NCBI GenBank assembly: GCA_903825765.1
Contig: CAIKBU010000091.1
Coordinates: 1,791 to 65,790, forward strand
Direction: 5' to 3'
From: an uncultured Actinomycetes bacterium
GTDB lineage: Bacteria > Actinomycetota > Acidimicrobiia > Acidimicrobiales > RAAP-2
DNA length: 64,000 nucleotides
The position numbers and the translations under genes were made by a program. Below, piece after piece: positions 17,360 through 27,127 of the stretch. A model generated the notes under the pieces. It was not told where the DNA came from and made no database searches. It saw only the letters and a list, made by a program, of their open reading frames with translations. Every line of letters begins with the position of its first letter. The first letter of the stretch is position 1.

Positions 17360-18523
17360 ATGGGGCAGACTAGTGACGTGACCAGCGACGACCACTCCGA
17401 ACGTAATCGTCAATGGGCCGCCACGATGGAGGGCTTCCTCGCCGACGATGTCGTGCGCGCCCACAAAAATTCCGTGGCCGCCATTGAGGTGTTGCCCGCC
17501 TCCGTGGCCGGCACCTTGCCCCGGGTAGCGAGAGAGGAACTCATCGACGCCTCACTCGCCGTCGGCGCTACCCCCTCCCACGCGGCGGGTTCTCGCGTGC
17601 GGGCCGAAGAGCCCGATCCGTATCGGACCTGCTTCGAACGAGACCGTGACCGCATCTTGCACTCCTCGTCCTTTCGTCGGCTGAGCGGGAAGACACAGGT
17701 CTTCGTCTTCCCAGAAGATCACATGCGCACGCGACTCACGCACGCTCTTGAGGTTGCCCAAGTGGCGGTGAGTGTCGCCCGGGCCGTTGGCCTCAATACC
17801 GCGCTGACGGAGGCCATCGCCCTCGGGCACGACTGTGGCCACGGACCCGGCGGCCACGCCAGCGAAGAGGCCCTGGACCCCTACGTCGATGGCGGATTCG
17901 ATCACGCCACCTGGGGCGCCAACGTGTCACTTCTGCATCTCAACCTGTGTGTCGAGACGCTCGACGGGATTCGTAATCACTCGTGGTCACGTCCGGCCCC
18001 CAGCACGCCCGAGGGCGAAGTTGTCTCGTGGGCCGACCGCATCGCGTACGTCTGCCACGACTTCGAAGACGCCGTGTCGGCCGGGCTCGTCGCAGCTGAC
18101 GACCTACCGGCGATTGTCCGTGACCGTTGCGGCAGTAGCCGCGGCGAGCAACTGGGCACGTTCATTCGGGCCATGATCACGACGACGCAGACCACGGGAC
18201 AAATTGGCATGGACCCCCGCACCGCCGAAGCACTGGCGAGCTTTCGCGCCTTCAACTACGCCGCCATCTACATGCGCGACGCCTCTCGACGACAGGCACA
18301 ACGAGTGGTGGGTATGTTGCGCGGACTGGTCGAGCACTACGGGGCACACCCGAATCTCTTGCCTGGGGACGGTGCATTCAGCGAGGACGTCGCCTCATCG
18401 TCGTCGGCGCTCGCCCAGAGCGTCGCCTACGTGGCGGGCATGACTGACCGCTTCGCGTGTCGCAGTGCCGTGACGTTGCTCGACTGGCCGATTGACCAAC
18501 TGCCGAACGGCATCGACCGCTAG
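17360..18523 (+). CDS. dGTP triphosphohydrolase-like HD-domain protein
   Basis: FERDRDRILHSSSFRRLSGKTQVF and HD motif GHDCGHGPGGH. The listed ORF start (17150) overlaps DUF3107 on the opposite strand, so ATG 17360 is preferred. Confidence 0.8.
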   Translation: MGQTSDVTSDDHSERNRQWAATMEGFLADDVVRAHKNSVAAIEVLPASVAGTLPRVAREELIDASLAVGATPSHAAGSRVRAEEPDPYRTCFERDRDRILHSSSFRRLSGKTQVFVFPEDHMRTRLTHALEVAQVAVSVARAVGLNTALTEAIALGHDCGHGPGGHASEEALDPYVDGGFDHATWGANVSLLHLNLCVETLDGIRNHSWSRPAPSTPEGEVVSWADRIAYVCHDFEDAVSAGLVAADDLPAIVRDRCGSSRGEQLGTFIRAMITTTQTTGQIGMDPRTAEALASFRAFNYAAIYMRDASRRQAQRVVGMLRGLVEHYGAHPNLLPGDGAFSEDVASSSSALAQSVAYVAGMTDRFACRSAVTLLDWPIDQLPNGIDR

Positions 18524-19596
18524 CGAATCGTCAATTCCTGCCGGTAGACCCGCGCCGGACCCTGAGCGGCGATCCGCGCAGCCAACGCGGTAATGGCCCG
18601 CGCCGCGGGGCTCGTCGGACTGCTCACCATAAGTGGCGTTCCCACGTCCCCACCCGCGCGCAACGCTGGTTCGAGGGGAATCTGACCGAGCAAGGTAATG
18701 CCGAGTTCACTGGCCAGCGTGGCGCCACCACCGGCACCAAAGAGTTCGTACCGCGTGCCGTCATCACCCATGAACCAACTCATGTTTTCAATTACGCCAC
18801 GGACCGACAACTTGAGTTTCTTCGCCGCGTAGGCCGAACGCTGTGCGACGCGCTGCGCAGCCGGTTGCGGCGTGGTCACCACGTACATCTCGATGCGGGG
18901 CACCACTTCAGAAAGGGTGAGCGCCACGTCACCGGTGCCCGGTGGCATGTCGATGAGGAGAAAGTCGGGCTCGTCCCACCATGCTTCAGTGACCAGTTGT
19001 TCGATGGCCTTGTGCAACATGGGGCCGCGCCAAATGACTGGCTGGTCGTCGGGAACGAAATAGCCCATCGAAATGCATCGAACCCCGTGCGCCAACGTCG
19101 GAATGACGAGATCGCCCAGGATGATTGGGTCGGTGGCCGCCCCCAGCATCTTGGGGAGCGAGAAGCCGTAGACGTCGGCGTCCAGCACGCCAACAGCGAA
19201 ACCAGCCTGGGCGAGGGCAATGGCGAGGTTGATGGTGACGCTCGATTTACCGACGCCCCCCTTTCCCGATGAGATACCCAATACCCGCGTCTTGGACCCG
19301 CGTTCCAAGAAGGCAGGCTTGGCGTCGCCACCCATTCCTCCGCGGAGATAGTTCCGAAGGGCAAAGCGTTCTTCCTCGCTCATCACGCGCACCGAGAGTG
19401 TCGCGTCGGGAGCCAGACGAGCGATTTCTGCCTCGAGGTACTCACGCTGTGGCCAGTTGAGCACTGGCAGGACCAGCGTGACACGGAGGAGGCTATCGGC
19501 ATTCACCGATTCTTCGAGAAACGAGAGCTCCCCCAATGTGCGCAGCAACTGCGGATCGCGAATATCGCTCAGTGGTGAAATGGGTGAAGACGACAT
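18520..19596 (-). CDS. Mrp/ApbC/NBP35-family Fe-S cluster carrier ATPase with N-terminal DUF59-like domain
   Basis: Deviant Walker A SGKGGVGKSS and the conserved Mrp core. Confidence 0.9.
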   Translation of the reverse strand: MSSSPISPLSDIRDPQLLRTLGELSFLEESVNADSLLRVTLVLPVLNWPQREYLEAEIARLAPDATLSVRVMSEEERFALRNYLRGGMGGDAKPAFLERGSKTRVLGISSGKGGVGKSSVTINLAIALAQAGFAVGVLDADVYGFSLPKMLGAATDPIILGDLVIPTLAHGVRCISMGYFVPDDQPVIWRGPMLHKAIEQLVTEAWWDEPDFLLIDMPPGTGDVALTLSEVVPRIEMYVVTTPQPAAQRVAQRSAYAAKKLKLSVRGVIENMSWFMGDDGTRYELFGAGGGATLASELGITLLGQIPLEPALRAGGDVGTPLMVSSPTSPAARAITALAARIAAQGPARVYRQELTIR

Positions 19597-19681
19597 GGGC
19601 TCAAATCTGTAGGGGACGCCAAAAGGCTACCGGCTCCCCCACACGGCCACACTCGCTCTTCTTGCCAATACACTCGTCTAC

Positions 19682-20392
19682 GTGGGAACAACTTCGAACG
19701 ATCGTGATCTCGACCCAGCCCTGTTCACCGCAACGGTGACCAGTCTGGCGCACTCGTTTGGCGACAACACTCGTCGCAAGATTTTTCTCTTCCTTCGAGA
19801 GAATCCCGGATCCACCGCATCGGCACTGGCGGAGCATTGTCACGTTCATCCCAACGTGGTCCGTCATCACCTCGAAAAATTGACCGCTGGTGGGTACGTC
19901 ACCTACCTCAGCGTCCACAAGACCACCGCCGGGCGGCCGGCCAAGGGCTACCGCGTCTCCGATACCAGCGCCACAATTGGAGGCTCACTACGACGCGACG
20001 CTCTCCTGGTGGCGCTGTTGGAGATGGCTCTCGAACGCCTGGGCCCCGACGCCGCCGAAGTGCTGGCGCACGACGTGGGCATTGAGTACGGTCGCAGCAT
20101 CGCGGTTGCTGGCACGGGAGCAGAGGGACCAACGGTGCGCACCGCCATGGCCTCAATCGCTGGCGTGCTGACGGCTCACGGGTTCGCCGCGCGAGCCGAA
20201 GAAGACAACGCCGGTCATTCGGTCGTCGCTGACAACTGCCCCTTCGGCGCCGCCGCACAAACACACCCAGTGCTCTGCGCCGTTGATCGCGGACTCATCA
20301 CCGGCATGCTTGAGGGCATGGGGGCACCGCGCACCAACGTGACGTTGACCTCCAAAGCGCGAGGTGACGACGACTGTCGGATCACGGCCTAA
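19682..20392 (+). CDS. Winged-helix (ArsR/COG2345, SufR-like) transcription regulator with C-terminal Cys motif
   Basis: wHTH NTRRKIFLFLRENPGSTASALAEHCHVHPNVVRHHLEKL. C-terminal CPFGAAAQTHPVLC (C-X12-C) plus a distal Cys. GTG start. Confidence 0.55.
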   Translation: MGTTSNDRDLDPALFTATVTSLAHSFGDNTRRKIFLFLRENPGSTASALAEHCHVHPNVVRHHLEKLTAGGYVTYLSVHKTTAGRPAKGYRVSDTSATIGGSLRRDALLVALLEMALERLGPDAAEVLAHDVGIEYGRSIAVAGTGAEGPTVRTAMASIAGVLTAHGFAARAEEDNAGHSVVADNCPFGAAAQTHPVLCAVDRGLITGMLEGMGAPRTNVTLTSKARGDDDCRITA

Positions 20393-20479
20393 GCGAGACG
20401 CCACACCGGTTGCGAAGATTTAACGTGTAACGGCGACGAATCGTCAACCTCGCCCGCAGGGTTCATCTAACGTACGGCG

Positions 20480-21622
20480 GTGCCCTCAAACGTGACCTTC
20501 GCGCAAATCTTCCGCCACTGGGGACGACTCGGCATCCTCGGATTTGGTGGCCCACCCGCGCACATCGCCATGCTGCGCACGCTCTGTGTGGTCGACCACC
20601 AATGGCTCTCGGCGGACGAATTCGAACACGCCATTGCGACCACGGGCATGTTGCCGGGGCCGGCATCGACGCAGCTCGCCATCTACTGCGCCTGGCGGTT
20701 ACGGGGCTGGCGTGGCGCCCTCCTTGGTGGCGTGTGCTTCATCGTTCCTGGTCTGATCATGATTGTTGCGCTCTCGGCCCTCTTCCTCGCCCATCACCCC
20801 TCGAAGTTTCTCCTTGGGGCGGCGCTCGGTTCAGGAGCAGTGGTGCCCGCAATTGCCCTCACCACTGCGGCACAGATGATGCCGGGAAGTGTGAAGCAGG
20901 TACGCGCGGACCGCGCCCGCCTGGCACGCTGGGGGTGTTACCTCGTCGCCGGTAGCGTCACGTCCATCGTCGCGGCCCAGTTCGTCGTCGTCACGTTGCT
21001 CGTCTGCGGACTTGTCGAAATCGTTAGTCGCCGGCCAGCCGCTCCTTCGGTGATGGCCGGAGGTCTCCTCGGCACGGCGCACGTTGCGGCTGTCGGTGGA
21101 CTCGGGGCCCTCGCGTTAGTCGCCTTCAAAGTTGGTGCCCTCTCCTACGGTGGGGGCTTCGTCATTATTCCGCTCATGCAACACGACGTGGTGTCGGTCT
21201 ACCACTGGATGACCGGCGTGCAGTTCTTGAACGTCGTGGCCCTCGGGCAAATTACCCCCGGACCCGTCGTGCTCACCACGGCCGCCGTTGGCTACGCCGT
21301 CCACGGCGTCGTGGGCAGCCTGATCGCCACGCTGGTGGCGTTCGGCCCCTCCTTCTTGTTCATCCTCGGAGGGGCACGTCACTTCGAAGCGCTACGCAAC
21401 AACCCGACTGCAAAAGCCTTTCTGGCGGGCGCCGGGCCCAGCGTCATCGGAGCCATTGCCGGTTCGGCGCTGCCATTGGGGCTCTTGCTCGCCCACCTGT
21501 GGCAACTGCCCCTCTTGCTTGCGGCGGCGCTCTGGTTGGGCTGGAAAAAGGGCTCGAGTGTGTACCCTCTCGTACTCGCCGCGGCCCTCGGGGCGCTCAG
21601 CGCCACGTTCCTGCCGGTCTAA
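20480..21622 (+). CDS. chrA: Chromate ion transporter (CHR family, duplicated domain)
   Basis: FGGPPAHIAMLR in the first half and GGGFVIIPLM in the second half; 380 aa and polytopic. Confidence 0.85.
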   Translation: MPSNVTFAQIFRHWGRLGILGFGGPPAHIAMLRTLCVVDHQWLSADEFEHAIATTGMLPGPASTQLAIYCAWRLRGWRGALLGGVCFIVPGLIMIVALSALFLAHHPSKFLLGAALGSGAVVPAIALTTAAQMMPGSVKQVRADRARLARWGCYLVAGSVTSIVAAQFVVVTLLVCGLVEIVSRRPAAPSVMAGGLLGTAHVAAVGGLGALALVAFKVGALSYGGGFVIIPLMQHDVVSVYHWMTGVQFLNVVALGQITPGPVVLTTAAVGYAVHGVVGSLIATLVAFGPSFLFILGGARHFEALRNNPTAKAFLAGAGPSVIGAIAGSALPLGLLLAHLWQLPLLLAAALWLGWKKGSSVYPLVLAAALGALSATFLPV

Positions 21623-22329
21623 CTCTTCACCCGCAGCGCACGAAGATAGGGTGCGGCAACGGCCCGTTGCACCTGACTCGGGTGCAAGGTCAAGAAAAGG
21701 CGAAACTGTTGTCGTGCGAGGGCCTCGTTGTGAGGAGTCACCGTCGCCACAATCGCGTAGTAGAGGTGGGTCGCCGGATCGTTCGGTCCGTAGTGCACGG
21801 CAGAGCGCAGGAGACTCAGGGCCTGGGCCACGACCGCCGACGAGCGTGACGCACTCCCCGCGGAGAAGTCCAGCCATCCCGTTTCGGTAAGGGCGACGGG
21901 GTTGTGAGGATCGAGCGTGAGCACCTTCGCGTAGGCGGCGAGGGCCGCGATGTCGTTCCCCGTTGACACGTCCGCTTGTCCTTCGTTCAACAGTTGCGAA
22001 ATCTGTTGCGCACGGTTCACCACGACCCCGCCGGTTTGCGACGTACCGGCTTGGCGCAGGGAAACATTGATCCAAACGAGCCCCACCGCCGCGAACGCGA
22101 AACAACTGAGTGCGACCACGAGCCGTGAGGTGCGACGACGACGGACCTTCGCCACCGGTTCGGCGACCTTGGGGAGCGCTTCTCGAGCCCGACGAAGCGC
22201 CGCCTCCTCACGAGCAACAATGGCATCGAAGGTGGCCTCATCGAGTTCCCCCGCGTCGAACTCTCGATGTGCATCGGTGAGCGAGGCCTCCCGGAGAGCG
22301 ATTTCGTCGCGCAGGCGTTGCGAGTTCAT
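21619..22329 (-). CDS. ccmI: CcmI/CycH-like TPR protein with one TM anchor
   Basis: The start ATG forms an ATGA overlap with the ccmH stop. TM segment LVVALSCFAFAAVGLVWI is followed by TPR-like repeats. The assignment rests mainly on context. Confidence 0.5.
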   Translation of the reverse strand: MNSQRLRDEIALREASLTDAHREFDAGELDEATFDAIVAREEAALRRAREALPKVAEPVAKVRRRRTSRLVVALSCFAFAAVGLVWINVSLRQAGTSQTGGVVVNRAQQISQLLNEGQADVSTGNDIAALAAYAKVLTLDPHNPVALTETGWLDFSAGSASRSSAVVAQALSLLRSAVHYGPNDPATHLYYAIVATVTPHNEALARQQFRLFLTLHPSQVQRAVAAPYLRALRVKS

Positions 22330-22706
22330 CGTCGCCTCAATCGAGCCACGATTGCCAAGGCGACAACCAGCAGTGCGAGGGGAGCTACCCACAACACAGT
22401 GGTCAGACCACCGTCGGGCGGCGTCAGGAGCACCGTTGGTCCATAGGCGCGCTCAATCGCGGTGAACACCTGGGTATCGGAGTCACCCGCACGCACCATG
22501 GCGGTAATTTGCGCCCGTACCGCCAATGAGCTCGCCGCGGTGCTCTGGGCCACGGAGAGATTGTCACAACTAGGGCACTTCACCAATGTCTCGAGGTGGG
22601 CCACTCGGGTCTGCCACGTGCTCGGCGCCGAGGGGGTCACGATGACCGAGCCAACGACCAGCACCAGGGCGAGACACCAGAAGCGAAACGACGAAAGCAA
22701 GGTCAT
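22326..22706 (-). CDS. ccmH: Cytochrome c-type biogenesis protein CcmH
   Basis: Signal/TM segment, then VKCPSCDNLSVAQS (CXXC), and a C-terminal TM. Confidence 0.75.
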   Translation of the reverse strand: MTLLSSFRFWCLALVLVVGSVIVTPSAPSTWQTRVAHLETLVKCPSCDNLSVAQSTAASSLAVRAQITAMVRAGDSDTQVFTAIERAYGPTVLLTPPDGGLTTVLWVAPLALLVVALAIVARLRRR

Positions 22707-23230
22707 GACACTCTCGAAACAATCGCGTTCAGTTGACCCTGCGAGGCTGGGCCCACCAGCGTCGCGACGACGCGTCCACTGCGGTCAATGACGAACGTGG
22801 TCGGCGGGGCGGTGACCCCGTAGTGGAAAGCAATGGCACCTTGTGGATCGGCGACGGAGGGGAACAGTGCGCCGTAGTAGCGGGCAAACGACCGTGCGGA
22901 GGCCACGGTGTCGTTGTAGACCACGCCAACAACCTTTACGTGCTGACCTCGATGCGCCCAGGCGAAGGAGGAGAGGTTCGGTGACTCCTGTTTGCACGGC
23001 GCACACCACGACGCCCAGAAATTGAGTACCACGATGTTTCCGCGCTCGTTGTGCAGCGAGACCCTCCCGCCGTCGATCGATGTCGCCGTGAAGTCAGGGG
23101 CCAGGGTGCCCAGCAGCGGCGAGTGCACCGCGGTGGCGTCAATGGGTGGTCGTGTCGCGAGGAGGAGCGTGAAGCCAATGACCAGCACGACGAGCACCAG
23201 CGCCACGAGGGCTATCGTCCGACGCCTCAC
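22703..23230 (-). CDS. ccmG: Thiol:disulfide oxidoreductase CcmG/DsbE (TlpA/ResA-like)
   Basis: N-terminal anchor and thioredoxin motif NFWASWCAPCKQE. Confidence 0.8.
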   Translation of the reverse strand: MRRRTIALVALVLVVLVIGFTLLLATRPPIDATAVHSPLLGTLAPDFTATSIDGGRVSLHNERGNIVVLNFWASWCAPCKQESPNLSSFAWAHRGQHVKVVGVVYNDTVASARSFARYYGALFPSVADPQGAIAFHYGVTAPPTTFVIDRSGRVVATLVGPASQGQLNAIVSRVS

Positions 23231-25185
23231 GTGGTGGCCTCATCGCTCGAGCGGCGACGCCCGAGTGTCAGTGCACTCCCCAACCCAATGATCAACCCAC
23301 CAATCCAGAGCCACGAGAGCAACGGTTCAACGGTGACGCCGAGTACGACCGCTCCCACCGGAACGTTGGTCTGCACTTGCGCTCCCGACGTCGAGCCTCC
23401 CTGCCCCACCGCGTCGAAGGTGATGTACACGTCGCGCAGAACGTTCGAAGAAATCGCGGGCGTCCCCACGGCCTGACTTCGTCCGTTGAACGTCGTAATA
23501 GCGGGTTGCAGGGGGGTGCCATCAACCGTTACGCGTACCAACGTTTGCTTCTCGAGAGCGGTTGTGCGCTGCGCAAAACCGCTGAAGCTGATCGTGTGAC
23601 CATCGACCACGGTGCGTTGATGTGGCGACAACGTGACCTCCGTGCGTGACGTGTAGGAGGTCGAAACAACGATGCCGACCGCGAGAATGACGACACCGAG
23701 GTGCACCACCATGCCGGCCGTCGAGGGTGAGCGAAGTACCGACCATACGTCACCCCGACGACGCGCTGCGGTCACGTTGTTGGTTAGGGTTCTAAGTGCT
23801 GCTCCGGCCGCCGCGACGGCCAGGAACACCACCGCTAACACCGCGTAGTGACGGATTCCAGCGAGTTCGAGCAACACCACACTGGCCACGCAGACCCAGG
23901 CCGTGACGCGCGCGCGACGCCACAAGGTCGGGGCGTCAAAGCGTCGCCAACTGACCAGCGGAGCAATCCCCATTAGGGCGAGCAGAGCAATGCTCCCCGG
24001 AGCGGCCACCGCGGCAAAATAGGGCGTTCCGACGGTGACTTGGACACCATTGATCGCTTGGTAGAGCAATGGAAATGCGGTCCCGAGCAGTACGACAAGG
24101 GCGAAACCCACGAACAAAATGTTGTTCATGACAAAGAGCCCTTCACGGGAGAAGGGGCTGTCGACCCCTACGGCGGTGCGTAGTTCGTCGCCCCGCCAGG
24201 CAATAAGCCCGAGTCCGCTGATCAAACTGAGGCCGAAGAACCCGATAAGGACGGGGCCGAGGGTCGACGACGAAAACGCGTGCACGCTTTGGAGGACGCC
24301 CGACCTCGTAAAGAACGTGCCCAGTACCGTGAGCGAGAAGGTGCCCACGGCCAACGAGAGATTCCACACTCGAAACAGCCCTCTGCGGTCTTGCACGACG
24401 ACGGAGTGAATGTAGGCCGTCGCCGTTAGCCACGGCAACAAGGCCGCGTTCTCCACGGGGTCCCACCCCCAAAAGCCGCCCCATCCGAGAACTTGGTAGC
24501 TCCACCACGACCCGAGCACGATACCCACACTGAGCGAACCCCAGGCCAGGACCGTCCATCGACGCTGCTCAATGGGCCACTGCTCGTGCACGCGACCGCT
24601 GAGCAGCATTGCCATCGCGAAGGCGAAGGGCACGGTGAATCCGACGAAGCCCGAATACAGCAGCGGTGGGTGAATGGCGACGAGGGGATTGTCTTGCAAC
24701 AGGGCATTCGGACCAGCGCCCTGCAAGACGTGGACCGGATTGAGCAGGAAGGGATCGGCGGGCCCGACCATCAGGAGCAAGAAGAATCCCGCGACAATGA
24801 AAAGGACCATCGTCGCGTAGGCGACAACCATATCGGTTCGCTGACGACGGTAGTAAAACACCACCGCCACGACCAGTAGGCCCAGAATCAGTGACCACAG
24901 CAGCAGTGATCCCTCGAGGGCTGACCACATGCCGGTAATTGAGTAGAGCAACGGGGTAAAGGTCGCGTTGTTCTCCGCGACGTACGCCAGCGAGAAGTTA
25001 TGACTAATCAGGGCGGTTTGCATGGCCCCTACGGCCACGACGATGCCAGCCAACGACACGAGCGCGGCGGGCATGGCGAAGGAACGACGTTGGCCTCGAG
25101 CGCACCGCAATTGATTAATTGCGCCTGCGACAGCCCCGACGAAGGCAATGTCGAGGCCGATTCGTCCAATCCAACTGAGTATCAC
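23227..25185 (-). CDS. ccmF: Cytochrome c heme lyase subunit CcmF
   Basis: 652 aa, polytopic, with the WWD motif WGGFWGWDPVENAALLPWL. Confidence 0.9.
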   Translation of the reverse strand: MILSWIGRIGLDIAFVGAVAGAINQLRCARGQRRSFAMPAALVSLAGIVVAVGAMQTALISHNFSLAYVAENNATFTPLLYSITGMWSALEGSLLLWSLILGLLVVAVVFYYRRQRTDMVVAYATMVLFIVAGFFLLLMVGPADPFLLNPVHVLQGAGPNALLQDNPLVAIHPPLLYSGFVGFTVPFAFAMAMLLSGRVHEQWPIEQRRWTVLAWGSLSVGIVLGSWWSYQVLGWGGFWGWDPVENAALLPWLTATAYIHSVVVQDRRGLFRVWNLSLAVGTFSLTVLGTFFTRSGVLQSVHAFSSSTLGPVLIGFFGLSLISGLGLIAWRGDELRTAVGVDSPFSREGLFVMNNILFVGFALVVLLGTAFPLLYQAINGVQVTVGTPYFAAVAAPGSIALLALMGIAPLVSWRRFDAPTLWRRARVTAWVCVASVVLLELAGIRHYAVLAVVFLAVAAAGAALRTLTNNVTAARRRGDVWSVLRSPSTAGMVVHLGVVILAVGIVVSTSYTSRTEVTLSPHQRTVVDGHTISFSGFAQRTTALEKQTLVRVTVDGTPLQPAITTFNGRSQAVGTPAISSNVLRDVYITFDAVGQGGSTSGAQVQTNVPVGAVVLGVTVEPLLSWLWIGGLIIGLGSALTLGRRRSSDEATT

Positions 25186-25664
25186 CGAACGCTGCCGTTC
25201 TTGGCCTTCACGCGATTGGGATGCGCGGCGATGTAATTGGCCGAGTGTTTCACCAGTATTTGAGTACCCGCAAAGTGCATCGACCGTGCCGACACAAAAT
25301 GACCAACGACGACGACCGGAATGTTGGCCTGAAACAACTGCGGCGGGGTGCCCGTCACGTTCACCGGCACGCGAGCCCCTTCGGATCCATCCATCACGAA
25401 CGACGTGCCCACCGCGGTACGAGTGATGGTGCCCTTTTGCACAATCCCTTCAAGACGCACGGTATCCGTGCCGTAGTGCTGCTTCTGCGCGAGCACCTCA
25501 TCGACGGTGACGAAGTAATTCAGATTGCGCAATAAACCCTGGCTGAGGAGGAGGCCGACGGCCCCGACGAGAACCACCAGAACGCCCACCGTTCGACCAT
25601 TGCTCGAACGCTTGCGCGGTGCGGGGACGACGGGCGTCAGATCAACGCGGTCACCCTCGTCCAC
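25182..25664 (-). CDS. ccmE: Heme chaperone CcmE
   Basis: N-terminal anchor, OB-fold, and heme-binding VKHSANY (HxxxY). GTG start. Confidence 0.85.
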   Translation of the reverse strand: MDEGDRVDLTPVVPAPRKRSSNGRTVGVLVVLVGAVGLLLSQGLLRNLNYFVTVDEVLAQKQHYGTDTVRLEGIVQKGTITRTAVGTSFVMDGSEGARVPVNVTGTPPQLFQANIPVVVVGHFVSARSMHFAGTQILVKHSANYIAAHPNRVKAKNGSVR

Positions 25665-25746
25665 TGCGCCCCTTCCACCAGAGGGAGAGGCCGTAGAGGG
25701 CCGGGGCCCCGAAGGCGAAGATGTAGCCAGCGATGACGTAGTGCAT
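25651..25746 (-). CDS. ccmD: Small membrane protein CcmD (31 aa; below the ORF-track size cutoff)
   Basis: Hand translation gives MHYVIAGYIFAFGAPALYGLSLWWKGRSGRG. There is a TAATG junction with the ccmC stop and a 14-nt overlap with ccmE. It occupies the canonical position between ccmC and ccmE. Confidence 0.5.
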   Translation of the reverse strand: MHYVIAGYIFAFGAPALYGLSLWWKGRSGRG

Positions 25747-26471
25747 TAGGCGCCTTCTCGTTGCCGCTCGACCACGGCCGCGGCGAGGTGCGATTGCATG
25801 GCTTGGTCACTGCGCACTTCGAGGCGATAGCGAGCTCGAAGGAGCCAGAAATACCAGAGGGTGAACGCGATGAAACTCAAGAGGAGTGTCCACAGCATCG
25901 AGCCGTGCACCGAGACCTTGCCCGATACCGTCAGGACCGTGGCGTTCTGGTGCAGGGACTTCCACCAGGTCACGGCGAAGTGGATAATTGGCACGTTCAA
26001 GGCGACCAAGATGCCGTACACGGCACTTCGGCGGGCCCGCGTCTGTGGATCATCGTTCGCCCGACGAAGCGCCAGATACCCGAGGGCCAAGACCAGCAAA
26101 ATCGCCGTCGAGGTCAATCGAGCATCCCAGGCCCACCACACCCCCCAGGTGGGGCGACCCCAGATAGAGCCAGTAATGAGCGTCAACGCAATGAAGAGAA
26201 CACTCACTTCCATCGCGCAGTAGGCCACTCGGTCCATGGTGTCGGAGCGCGTGCGCTTCCATAAGTACAGCGCGGAGGCAATGGTGGTCGTTCCAAATGA
26301 TACGTAGAGAGCCACCCAGGCCAAGGCGGGGTGGACGTAGAGCATGCGAACCAGGTCGCCACCGCCGTCATGCATGGTGGCCTTTGGCGTCACCCAGAGA
26401 CCGAGGATAACTGTCGCCACCAACGTCAAAAGAGTGAGCGGGCCGAGCAGCCGTTGCGTCACTTTATTCAC
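25746..26471 (-). CDS. ccmC: Heme exporter/handling protein CcmC
   Basis: Tryptophan-rich motif WGRPTWGVWWAWDARL. Confidence 0.9.
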   Translation of the reverse strand: MNKVTQRLLGPLTLLTLVATVILGLWVTPKATMHDGGGDLVRMLYVHPALAWVALYVSFGTTTIASALYLWKRTRSDTMDRVAYCAMEVSVLFIALTLITGSIWGRPTWGVWWAWDARLTSTAILLVLALGYLALRRANDDPQTRARRSAVYGILVALNVPIIHFAVTWWKSLHQNATVLTVSGKVSVHGSMLWTLLLSFIAFTLWYFWLLRARYRLEVRSDQAMQSHLAAAVVERQREGA

Positions 26472-27127
26472 TATTCCTCCAAGACCCCGTAGAGCAAAAC
26501 GCCGATGGCCACGTAGCCCGCGAGGGCGACGAGGTCAATGACCCACCACTCCCACAGTGCTCCCCCGTGTAGGGCAGCGCTGAAGGAACGCTCACCCGCC
26601 ACCAACAGTGGGGCAAAGGCCGGCAGGGCCAGGATGGGCAACAGCGTTGCCGGACCTTCGTTCCCTGCGGACAATGCTCCGTAGAGCGTACCAGCGCAGG
26701 CCATCGCACCAAGCGTGACGAGCACGCTCGGAACTGCGTGCACGGTCCCTATCAATGAGGTGTGCAAGACCACCACCGTGCCCGCAAGCAGCAGGGTCGC
26801 GCTAGCCCACAGTTCCAGGGTGAGGGCCATGGTTTTACCTAAAAAGACTCCCGCCGGATCGAGGCCGAGGGTGGCCACCGACTCGGCGGTGCCCACCGTT
26901 TGCTCCACCGCCTGAGAGCGATTGATCATCAAGAGTGCCACGAAGAGCGTGACGAGGTAGAAGAGCCCCGGCGCGGCTCGTGAGTGACCCGCGTCAGCGG
27001 GACCGAGGGCGAGGCCGCACAGCAGCAGGGCGAGCGCACCAAAGGGCACGACCTGCCACAACAGGACGCGACTGCGCATTTCAATGCGAAGGTCCTTACG
27101 AGTTACCAACCAGGCCGTGCGAATCAC
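26471..27127 (-). CDS. ccmB: Heme exporter permease CcmB
   Basis: 218 aa with 6 hydrophobic spans, located between ccmA and ccmC. Confidence 0.75.
   Translation of the reverse strand: MIRTAWLVTRKDLRIEMRSRVLLWQVVPFGALALLLCGLALGPADAGHSRAAPGLFYLVTLFVALLMINRSQAVEQTVGTAESVATLGLDPAGVFLGKTMALTLELWASATLLLAGTVVVLHTSLIGTVHAVPSVLVTLGAMACAGTLYGALSAGNEGPATLLPILALPAFAPLLVAGERSFSAALHGGALWEWWVIDLVALAGYVAIGVLLYGVLEE

Noticed and set aside
21392-22105. 237-aa minus-strand ORF overlapping the chrA 3' end and ccmI
   Set aside because: It is an alternative frame of the ccmI-like gene and antisense to chrA, with Arg/Gly/Pro-rich composition.
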